A stretch of 64,000 nt of DNA from assembly GCA_950097015.1 (NCBI GenBank), contig CATNEN010000027.1, forward strand, positions 806,001 through 870,000, read 5' to 3'. This DNA is from Macrostomum hystrix. Lineage: Eukaryota; Animalia; Platyhelminthes. The number at the start of each line of letters is the position of its first letter. The stretch's first letter is position 1. Below, piece by piece: positions 1-11,510 of this stretch. Both the position numbers and the translations under genes were made by a program. The notes under the pieces were generated by a model. It was not told the DNA's origin, did not search any database, and worked only from the letters and a program-made list of their open reading frames with translations.

Positions 1-252
1 CAGCCGGGGCTAGAGGTACCCAGTTTGGCCGGAGGCCCTGGATGGGTCATCCAGCGCTGTTGCCCATTCTGTCCGGCTGCCCTAGGGTCAGCCTTGAACA
101 CTCGCGGGACGTGTACCCATGGGTCAGCTGACGGGACAGCGTTGGAGGGATTCCTGCACCCGAAGGTACAGGTCTCCTTCCTGCCAGGCCTGCTCAAAAA
201 ACGGCTGCAGGTGTGAGGCATCGCAGACCAAAGCCCGTGGGCCTGGACTGAC

Positions 253-954
253 TCATACCTCACAGGCACTGTGTCCCGCCGGTGCGAGCGAGCACAGACC
301 GCCACCTGGATGGGCGAAAGCAGTGAGCAGACTCGGGTTTCTGTTATGTCATTTCAATAACTCTTTCTCAAACTTACTCTTGTACTCGTCAATCAACTTC
401 TGCACAGTGGGATAGGTCTTCGATTTGTTGATGAAGAACACAGTCTCATCAGCTGAGTTCTTAATCTGGTAGTGCTTCACCAGGAAATTGTTCTCGCATC
501 GGCGGTCGGGAGTTCGAACGCTGAGCGCCAATCGAGCCAGGCCAGCGCTTTGCTTGGCGCAAGGCCGGATGATGTAGGTCCCAGCTGGCAGACCGGCTCG
601 CAGCAGCATCCGGTTGGCGTCCATCCGGTTGCAGTCCATCCAGCCGCTCAGCTGGCAGGGCATGCCGTTGTACTTGCTGATGTAGTTGTTCGGCACCAGA
701 CCGCTGCGATTCGTCTCGAGATTCCGCGCCTTCCACCACTGGCTGGTCTGGCACTGCTCCGGCGTGAACTCCAGCTCGATCATGTCACCCTTGCGGATTG
801 ACAGCTCGTCTTGCTGGGAGGCGACGAAATTGTGAAGGGCCATGTAGGCATTGCGATCATTTTTGCTGGCCGGAACTGAATCAGCGCCTGCCTGGCGATT
901 TGAGCTGCCTCTCGATGAGGACTTCGGGTTGCACTTTGAGAAGGCTGAGCCCAT
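253..954 (-). CDS. Kinase-less partial duplicate of the Src-family gene (myristoylation signal + SH3 + SH2); short adaptor or pseudogene
   Basis: Exon 378-954 and intron 306-377 copy those of the intact gene at 14627-16433. Homology stops at 288, inside exon 2. The frame continues ...KSGGLCS-LAPAGHSACEV to a TGA at 253-255, giving 209 aa. An alternative splice (205-258) would give 234 aa. Expression is unknown. Confidence 0.5.
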
Positions 955-1298
955 TCTTGAAGCACTGCAGCTTCGCTGAATTCTTTAATTTTCCTTGCTT
1001 CGAAAAATTTAAAAAAGTACGCGAAGCCGTGTGTGTTTGTGAGGCTGCGAGTGTCGGCCTGTGCCACCGCGGACCCTGTCTTGTGCAGCTGCAGAGTGTT
1101 TATGCCCAGCCTGACCCTCCATGTAGCTCAACTTTGTCAATAATCTATCGGAAGAATCTCTCGAGCTAAACACTTGGCAGTGACGCAGGCCGGAACTGCA
1201 CCTTCATGAAGGCGCGAATGGCGCAGGCCAGGTAGAAGAATTATAATTTTTATCGAACGGATCTTGCAAATGCGCACACAGCTGTACTGTACAACACT
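288..1298. repeat. Local segmental duplication, copy A (1011 bp; partner 15767-16777)
   Basis: Direct repeat at constant offset 15479. Four substitutions seen by eye (about 369, 837, 848, 1268). The ORF tracks of the two copies are almost identical. Confidence 0.97.
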
Positions 1299-4200
1299 AT
1301 CTAGCTACTGTGAATATCTAGCTACTGGGAAAATCTAGCTACTGGGAAAATCTAGCTACTGGGAATATGTAGCTACTGGGAATATGTAGCTACAGGGAAT
1401 ATCTAGCTACTGTGAATATCTAGCTACTGAGAAAATCCAGCTACTGGGAATATCTAGCTACTGGGAAAATCTAGCTACTGGGAATATCTAGCTACTGGGA
1501 ATATCTAGCTACTGGGAATATCTAGCTACTGGGAAAATCTAGCTACTGGGAATATCTAGCTACTGGGAATATGTAGCTACTGGGAATATGTAGCTACAGG
1601 GAATATCTAGCTACTGGGAATATCTAGCTACTGAGAAAATCCAGCTACTGGGAATATCTAGCTACTGGGAAAATCTAGCTACTGGGAATATCTAGCTACT
1701 GGGAATCTCTAGCTACTGGGAATATCTAGCTACTGGGAATATGTAGCTACTGGGAATATGTAGCTACTGGGAATATCTAGCTACTGGGAATATCTAGCTA
1801 CTGGGAATATGTAGCTACTGGGAATATGTAGCTACTGGGAATATCTAGCTACTGGGAATATCTAGCTACTGGGAATATCTAGCTACTGGGAATATCTAGC
1901 TACTGGGAATATCTAGCTACTGGGAATATCTAGCTACTGGGAATATGTAGCTACTGGGAATATCTAGCTACTGGGAATATCTAGCTACTGGGAATATCTA
2001 GCTACTGGGAATATCTAGCTACTGGGAATATCTAGCTACTGGGAATATCTAGCTACTAGGAAAATCTAGCTACTGGGAAAATCTAGCTACTGGGAATATC
2101 TAGCTAATGGGAATATCTAGCTACTAGGAAAATCTAGCTACTGGGAAAATCTAGCTACTGGGAATATGTAGCTACTGGGAATATGTAGCTACAGGGAATA
2201 TCTAGCTACTGGGAATATCTAGCTACTGAGAAAATCCAGCTACTGGGAATATCTAGCTACTGGGAATATCTAGCTACTGGGAATATCTAGCTACTGGGAA
2301 TATCTAGCTACTGGGAATATCTAGCTACTGGGAATATCTAGCTACTGGGAAAATCTAGCTACTGGGAATATGTAGCTACTGGGAATATGTAGCTACTGGG
2401 AATATCTAGCTACTGGGAATATCTAGCTACTGGGAATATGTAGCTACTGGGAATATGTAGCTACTGGGAATATGTAGCTACTGGGAATATCTAGCTACTG
2501 GGAATATGTAGCTACTGGGAATATCTAGCTACTGGGAATATCTAGCTACTGGGAATATCTAGCTACTGGGAATATCTAGCTACTGGGAATATCTAGCTAC
2601 TGAGAAAATCCAGCTACTGGGAATATCTAGCTACTGAGAAAATCCAGCTACTGGGAATATCTAGCTACTGGGAATATCTAGCTACTGGGAATATCTAGCT
2701 ACTGGGAATATCTAGCTACTGGGAAAATCTAGCTACTGGGAATATCTAGCTACTGGGAATATGTAGCTACTGGGAATATGTAGCTACAGGGAATATCTAG
2801 CTACTGGGAATATCTAGCTACTGGGAATATCTAGCTACTGGGAATATCTAGCTACTGGGAATATGTAGCTACTGGGAATATCTAGCTACTGGGAATATGT
2901 AGCTACTGGGAATATCTAGCTACTGGGAATATCTAGCTACTGGGAATATCTAGCTACTGGGAAAATCTAGCTACTGGGAATATGTAGCTACTGGGAATAT
3001 CTAGCTACTGGGAATATGTAGCTACTGGGAATATCTAGCTACTGGGAATATCTAGCTACTGGGAATATCTAGCTACTGGGAATATGTAGCTACTGGGAAT
3101 ATCTAGCTACTGGGAATATCTAGCTACTGGGAATATCTAGCTACTGGGAATATGTAGCTACTGGGAATATCTAGCTACTGGGAATATCTAGCTACTGGGA
3201 ATATCTAGCTACTGGGAATATCTAGCTACTGGGAATATCTAGCTACTGGGAATATCTAGCTACTGGGAATATCTAGCTACTGGGAATATCTAGCTACTGA
3301 GAAAATCCAGCTACTGGGAATATCTAGCTACTGGGAATATCTAGCTACTGTGAATATCTAGCTACTGGGAATATCTAGCTACTGGGAATATCTAGCTACT
3401 GGGAATATCTAGCTACTGTGAATATCTAGCTACTGTGAATATCTAGCTACTGGGAATATCTAGCTACTGGGAATATCTAGCTACTGGGAATATCTAGCTA
3501 CTGGGAATATCTAGCTACTGGGAATATCTAGCTACTGGGAATATCTAGCTACTGGGAATATCTAGCTACTGGGAATATCTAGCTACTGGGAATATCTAGC
3601 TACTGGGAATATCTAGCTACTGGGAATATCTAGCTACTGGGAATATCTAGCTACTGTGAATATCTAGCTACTGGGAATATCTAGCTACTGGGAATATCTA
3701 GCTACTGGGAATATCTAGCTACTGGGAATATCTAGCTACTGGGAATATCTAGCTACTGGGAATATCTAGCTACTGGGAATATCTAGCTACTGGGAATATC
3801 TAGCTACTGGGAGTATCTAGCTACTGGGAATATCTAGCTACTGGGAATATCTAGCTACTGGGAATATCTAGCTACTGGGAATATCTAGCTACTGGGAATA
3901 TCTAGCTACTGGGAATATGTAGCTACTGGGAATATGTAGCTACTGGGAATATCTAGCTACTGGGAATATCTAGCTACTGGGAATATCTAGCTACTGGGAA
4001 TATCTAGCTACTGGGAATATCTAGCTACTGGGAATATCTAGCTACTGTGAATATCTAGCTACTGGGAATATGTAGCTACTGGGAATATGTAGCTACTGGG
4101 AATATCTAGCTACTGGGAATATCTAGCTACTGGGAATATCTAGCTACTGGGAATATGTAGCTACTGGGAATATCTAGCTACTGGGAATATCTAGCTACTG

Positions 4201-7200
4201 GGAATATCTAGCTACTGGGAATATCTAGCTACTGGGAATATGTAGCTACTGGGAATATCTAGCTACTGGGAATATCTAGCTACTGGGAATATCTAGCTAC
4301 TGGGAATATCTAGCTACTGGGAATATGTAGCTACTGGGAATATGTAGCTACAGGGAATATGTAGCTACAGGGAATATCTAGCTACTGGGAATATCTAGCT
4401 ACTGGGAATATGTAGCTACAGGGAATATGTAGCTACAGGGAATATCTAGCTACAGGGAATATCTAGCTACTGTGAATATCTAGCTACTGGGAATATCTAG
4501 CTACTGGGAATATGTAGCTACTGGGAATATCTAGCTACTGGGAATATCTAGCTACTGGGAATATCTAGCTACTGGGAATATGTAGCTACTGGGAATATCT
4601 AGCTACTGGGAATATCTAGCTACTGGGAATATCTAGCTACTGGGAATATGTAGCTACTGGGAATATCTAGCTACTGGGAATATCTAGCTACTGGGAATAT
4701 CTAGCTACTGGGAATATCTAGCTACTGGGAATATCTAGCTACTGGGAATATCTAGCTACTGGGAATATCTAGCTACTGGGAATATCTAGCTACTGGGAAT
4801 ATCTAGCTACTGGGAATATCTAGCTACTGGGAATATCTAGCTACTGGGAATATCTAGCTACTGGGAATATCTAGCTACTGGGAATATCTAGCTACTGGGA
4901 ATATCTAGCTACTGGGAATATCTAGCTACTGGGAATATCTAGCTACTGGGAATATCTAGCTACTGGGAATATCTAGCTACTGGGAATATCTAGCTACTGG
5001 GAATATCTAGCTACTGGGAATATCTAGCTACTGGGAATATCTAGCTACTGGGAATATCTAGCTACTGGGAATATCTAGCTACTGGGAATATCTAGCTACT
5101 GGGAATATCTAGCTACTGGGAATATCTAGCTACTGGGAATATGTAGCTACAGGGAATATCTAGCTACTGGGAATATCTAGCTACTGGGAATATCTAGCTA
5201 CTGGGAATATCTAGCTACTGGGAATATCTAGCTACTGGGAATATCTAGCTACTGGGAATATCTAGCTACTGGGAATATCTAGCTACTGGGAATATCTAGC
5301 TACTGGGAATATCTAGCTACTGGGAATATCTAGCTACTGGGAATATCTAGCTACTGGGAATATCTAGCTACTGGGAATATCTAGCTACTGGGAATATCTA
5401 GCTACTGGGAATATGTAGCTACAGGGAATATCTAGCTACTGGGAATATCTAGCTACTGGGAATATCTAGCTACTGGGAATATCTAGCTACTGGGAATATC
5501 TAGCTACAGGGAATATCTAGCTACTGGGAATATCTAGCTACTGGGAATATCTAGCTACTGGGAATATCTAGCTACTGGGAATATCTAGCTACTGGGAATA
5601 TCTAGCTACTGGGAATATCTAGCTACTGGGAATATCTAGCTACTGGGAATATCTAGCTACTGGGAGTATCTAGCTACTGGGAATATCTAGCTACTGGGAA
5701 TATGTAGCTACAGGGAATATCTAGCTACTGGGAATATCTAGCTACTGGGAATATCTAGCTACTGGGAATATCTAGCTACTGGGAATATCTAGCTACTGGG
5801 AATATCTAGCTACTGGAATATCTAGCTACTGGGAATATCTAGGTACTGGGAATATCTAGCTACTGGGAATATGTAGCTACTGGGAATATGTAGCTACTGG
5901 GAATATCTAGCTACTGGGAATATCTAGCTACTGGGAATATGTAGCTACTGGGAATATGTAGCTACTGGGAATATCTAGCTACTGGGAATATCTAGCTACT
6001 GGGAATATGTAGCTACAGGGAATATCTAGCTACTGGGAATATCTAGCTACTGGGAGTATCTAGCTACTGGGAATATCTAGCTACTGGGAATATCTAGCTA
6101 CTGGGAATATCTAGCTACTGGGAATATCTAGCTACTGGGAATATCTAGCTACTGGGAATATCTAGCTACTGGGAATATCTAGCTACTGGGAGTATCTAGC
6201 TACTGGGAATATCTAGCTACTGGGAATATCTAGCTACTGGGAATATCTAGCTACTGGGAATATCTAGCTACTGGGAATATCTAGCTACTGGGAATATGTA
6301 GCTACTGGGAATATCTAGCTACTGGGAATATCTAGCTACTGGGAATATCTAGCTACTGGGAATATCTAGCTACTGGGAATATGTAGCTACTGGGAATATC
6401 TAGCTACTGGGAATATCTAGCTACTGGGAATATCTAGCTACTGGGAATATCTAGCTACAGGGAATATCTAGCTACTGTGAATATCTAGCTACTGGGAATA
6501 TCTAGCTACTGGGAATATGTAGCTACTGGGAATATGTAGCTACAGGGAATATCTAGCTACTGGGAATATCTAGCTACTGAGAAAATCCAGCTACTGGGAA
6601 TATCTAGCTACTGGGAATATCTAGCTACTGGGAATATGTAGCTACTGGGAATATCTAGCTACTGGGAATATCTAGCTACTGGGAAAATCTAGCTACTGGG
6701 AATATCTAGCTACTGGGAATATCTAGCTACTGGGAATATCTAGCTACTGGGAATATCTAGCTACTGGGAATATCTAGCTACTGGGAATATCTAGCTACTG
6801 GGAATATGTAGCTACTGGGAATATGTAGCTACTGGGAATATCTAGCTACTGTGAATATCTAGCTACAGGGAATATCTAGCTACTGGGAATATCTAGCTAC
6901 TGGGAATATCTAGCTACTGGGAATATCTAGCTACTGTGAATATCTAGCTACAGGGAATATCTAGCTACTGGGAATATCTAGCTACTGGGAATATCTAGCT
7001 ACTGGGAATATCTAGCTACTGGGAATATCTAGCTACTGGGAATATGTAGCTACTGGGAATATGTAGCTACTGGGAATATCTAGCTACTGGGAATATCTAG
7101 CTACTGGGAATATCTAGCTACTGGGAATATCTAGCTACTGGGAATATGTAGCTACTGGGAATATGTAGCTACAGGGAATATCTAGCTACTGGGAATATCT

Positions 7201-9033
7201 AGCTACTGGGAATATCTAGCTACTGGGAATATGTAGCTACAGGGAATATCTAGCTACTGGGAATATCTAGCTACTGGGAATATCTAGCTACTGGGAATAT
7301 CTAGCTACTGGGAATATCTAGCTACTGGGAATATCTAGCTACAGGGAATATCTAGCTACTGGGAATATCTAGCTACTGGGAATATCTAGCTACTGGGAAT
7401 ATCTAGCTACTGGGAATATCTAGCTACTGGGAATATCTAGCTACTGGGAATATCTAGCTACTGGGAATATGTAGCTACTGGGAATATCTAGCTACTGGGA
7501 ATATCTAGCTACTGGGAATATCTAGCTACTGGGAATATCTAGCTACTGGGAATATCTAGCTACTGGGAATATCTAGCTACTGGGAATATCTAGCTACTGG
7601 GAATATCTAGCTACTGGGAATATGTAGCTACTGGGAATATCTAGCTACTGGGAATATCTAGCTACTGGGAATATCTAGCTACTGGGAATATCTAGCTACT
7701 GGGAATATCTAGCTACTGGGAATATGTAGCTACTGGGAATATCTAGCTACTGGGAATATCTAGCTACTGGGAATATCTAGCTACTGGGAATATCTAGCTA
7801 CAGGGAATATCTAGCTACTGTGAATATCTAGCTACTGGGAATATCTAGCTACTGGGAATATGTAGCTACTGGGAATATGTAGCTACAGGGAATATCTAGC
7901 TACTGGGAATATCTAGCTACTGAGAAAATCCAGCTACTGGGAATATCTAGCTACTGGGAAAATCTAGCTACTGGGAATATCTAGCTACTGGGAATATCTA
8001 GCTACAGGGAATATCTAGCTACTGTGAATATCTAGCTACTGGGAATATCTAGCTACTGGGAATATCTAGCTACTGGGAATATCTAGCTACTGGGAATATC
8101 TAGCTACTGGGAATATGTAGCTACTGGGAATATGTAGCTACAGGGAATATCTAGCTACTGGGAATATCTAGCTACTGGGAATATGTAGCTACTGGGAATA
8201 TGTAGCTACTGGGAATATGTAGCTACTGGGAATATCTAGCTACTGGGAATATGTAGCTACTGGGAATATCTAGCTACTGGGAATATCTAGCTACAGGGAA
8301 TATGTAGCTACTGGGAATATCTAGCTACTGGGAATATCTAGCTACTGGGAATATCTAGCTACTGGGAATATGTAGCTACTGGGAATATCTAGCTACTGAG
8401 AAAATCCAGCTACTGGGAATATCTAGCTACTGGGAATATCTAGCTACTGGGAATATCTAGCTACTGGGAATATGTAGCTACTGGGAATATCTAGCTACTG
8501 GGAATATGTAGCTACTGGGAATATCTAGCTACTGGGAATATCTAGCTACAGGGAATATGTAGCTACTGGGAATATCTAGCTACTGGGAATATCTAGCTAC
8601 TGGGAATATCTAGCTACTGGGAATATCTAGCTACAGGGAATATGTAGCTACTGGGAATATCTAGCTACTGGGAATATCTAGCTACTGGGAAAATCTAGCT
8701 ACTGGGAATATCTAGCTACTGGGAATATGTAGCTACTGGGAATATCTAGCTACTGGGAATATCTAGCTACTGGGAATATCTAGCTATTGTGAATATCTAG
8801 CTACTGGGAATATGTAGCTACTGGGAATATCTAGCTACTGGGAATATCTAGCTACTGGGAATATGTAGCTACTGGGAAAATCTAGCTACTGGGAATATCT
8901 AGCTACTGGGAATATCTAGCTACTGGGAATATCTAGCTACTGGGAATATCTAGCTATTGTGAATATCTAGCTACTGGGAATATCTAGCTACTGGGAATAT
9001 CTAGCTACTGGGAATATCTAGCTACTGGGAATA
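1299..9033. repeat. 17-bp satellite array (ATCTAGCTACTGGGAAT)n, about 7.7 kb, roughly 450 units
   Basis: Clear 17-bp period. Recurrent variants include ATGTAGCTAC, TGTGAAT, ACAGGGAAT, GGGAAAAT and TGAGAAAATCCAG. The ORF track shows nothing here. Confidence 0.99.
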
Positions 9034-9644
9034 CGTGGTTTAGGGCTCACTTGCAGACGAAATTATTAGCTGTCCGGCTGTAGAGGAGAACATTGGCCCA
9101 GCCCAATGGACTCTTTAAAAGCGGGAATTGCCCCCCTTAGTCGGCTGGCTGCCCCCTGCTTCTCTCTTCCTTTCCCTTCTTCATCTCTTTGATCTTGCAC
9201 TTTATCCTCGACTTTCCCGTGCCAGCGTCTCTCAAGCAAGCGTGCCGATTTCAATTCGGGTTTGCTCTTTTAGCCTATTTTGTTTTTATACACTCGTGTA
9301 CTCGGAACTCAAGGCCGCCAAGAGGCATATCGCTAGCTAGAAATCTAATCTCATTAGCGCAAGTTTAACAGCAAATACCATCACTGGGTCCGCCAATCTA
9401 ATCGAGTTGTTGTTGCTATCCGAAATTTAGGGTTTTTACCTTAGATTTTGAGTAGATTTAATGTCCTAGAATTAGTTGTTCTAATGCGATCACTACTACT
9501 AATTCGGAACCGAGTAAGTAGTACTGAGAAAACTGTAAGTAAATTGTTTGCACTTGAGAGAAAATTCTGTGGTTTTTATACTGGTATCGATTTTCGCTCG
9601 GCTTGAATTGCTGTGAGTTTGGCTTGACGTCCTTCCCGTCCTTA

Positions 9645-9988
9645 AGTGAGTGAGTGAGTGAGTAAGTGAGTGAGTGAGTGAGTGAGTGAGTGAGTGAGTG
9701 AGTGAGTGAGTGAGTGAGTGAGTGAGTGAGTGAGTGAGTGAGTGAGTGAGTGAGTGAGTGAGTGGGTGAGTGAGTGGGTGAGTGAGTGAGTGAGTGAGTG
9801 AGTGAGTGAGTGACTGAGTGAGTGAGTGAGTGAGTGAGTGAGTGAGTGAGTGAGTGAGTGAGTGAGTGAGTGAGTGAGTGAGTGAGTGAGTGAGTGAGTG
9901 AGTGAGTGAGTGAGTGAGTGAGTGAGTGAGTGAGTGAGTGAGTGAGTGAGTGAGTGAGTGAGTGAGTGAGTGAGTGGTGAGTGAGTGA
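9645..9988. repeat. (GAGT)n tetranucleotide microsatellite
   Basis: Nearly pure GAGT run with a few interruptions. Confidence 0.99.
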
Positions 9989-10448
9989 CATAAGGAGGGA
10001 CAGAAATAGGCAGAAAGCGGGATAAAAGAAGGAAAGAGTTAGCGGGAGAATAATGTCAAGCGTACACTGGTTTGGGAATGGGTTGATTAGATACAAGGCT
10101 GAGCTGAGTTGTGAAGGTCCAGTAATTAGTTTGACCCGCAACTTCGATGCCCACAGAGCTGCAGCCCGCACAGTTTGAATTTGAGGCATGAAGCAGGCAG
10201 TTAAAAAGTTGATAATCGATGCTTTTAATTGTCTGTGCTTGCCTAGCCATTTTATCACAGTTCCTATCCAAACAAATAGTACATTAGTCAATTGCGGTGC
10301 AAAATTTGTTTTAGTTTTGATCCCTGTAATAGGCCGTCTAAATGGCAATTTTCATAATCGAATAATAAGCGAATAGTCAGACATTTTTTGGTAACTGATG
10401 GTGATGGCCTAGGATTAACCTGTGCATCATAACGATGTGAGAGAGAAC

Positions 10449-11207
10449 GTAAGAGATGGAATGTAAGAGATGAAATGTGAGATATGGAATATGAGAGATG
10501 GAATGTGAGATATGGAATGTGAGAGATGGAATGTGAGAGATGGAATGTGAGAGATGGAATGTGAGAGATGGAATGTGAGAGATGGAATGTGAGATATGGA
10601 ATATGAGAGATGGAATGTGAGAGATGGAATGTGAGAGATGGAATATGAGAGATGGAATGTGAGAGATGGAATGTGAGAGATGGAATGTGAGAGATCGAAT
10701 GTGAGAGATTGAATGTAAGAGATAAAATGTGAGAGATTGAATGTAAGAGATGGAATGTGAGAGATGAAATGTGAGATATGGAATGTGAGAGATGGAATGT
10801 GAGAGATGGAATATGAGAGATGGAATGTGAGAGATGGAATGTGAGAGATGGAATGTGAGAGATGGGATGTGAAAGATGGAATGTAAGAGATGAAATGTGA
10901 GAGATCGAATGTGAGATATGGAATATGAGAGATGGAATGTGAGAGATGAAATGTAAGAGATGAAATGTGAGAGATGGAATGTGAGAGATTGAATGTAAGA
11001 GATAAAATGTGAGAGATTGAATGTGAGAGATGAAATGTGAGATATGGAATGTGAGAGATGGAATGTGAGAGATGGAATGTGAGAGATGGAATGTGAGATA
11101 TGGAATGTGAGAGATGGAATGTGAGATATGGAATGAGGGAGATGGAATGTGAGATATGGAATGAGGGAGATGGAATGTGAGATATGGAATGAGGGAGATG
11201 GAATGTG
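10449..11207. repeat. 14-bp minisatellite (GAGATGGAATGTGA)n
   Basis: Purine-rich 14-bp period just upstream of the ENaC gene. Confidence 0.97.
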
Positions 11208-11510
11208 GGCCTCTCTGAAATTGTAATGCTCCGAAAATGAAATAGCTGGTTGTTTTTACGGCAACTCTTAGCAGCGGATGTAGCCTATCAGCTCAGATCG
11301 GTCTAGTTGCTAGGCAGAACAGCTGCAGAAGAGCCGTTGATAGTATTGCTGTATGGGTGCCGGACCATTTGGTTACTGCATTTCTACAAGCCCTTAAAAG
11401 CGTCAGACACTGGCGCCACCAAGTTTCAACTGTTCTCAAAAAAAATTGCTACAACACTATTTAAGCGGCTCGTTTTAACAAGTAGAAATTCAGCTTCAAC
11501 GCTAAACGAC

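Noticed and set aside
1299-9033. CRISPR-like array
   Set aside because: Units are head-to-tail with no unique spacers, the context is eukaryotic and there are no cas genes.
9458-10348. 296-aa ORF with (SLTH)n
   Set aside because: Produced by reading through the (GAGT)n microsatellite; the flanks show no recognisable domain.
9034-10376. Possible small exons (ORFs 9066-9254 and 10056-10271)
   Set aside because: No recognisable motif or convincing splice chain could be assembled.
11307-11510. N-terminal extension of the ENaC ORF
   Set aside because: It starts at TTG and is non-homologous; the ATG at 11511 gives the normal distance to the pre-TM1 motif.
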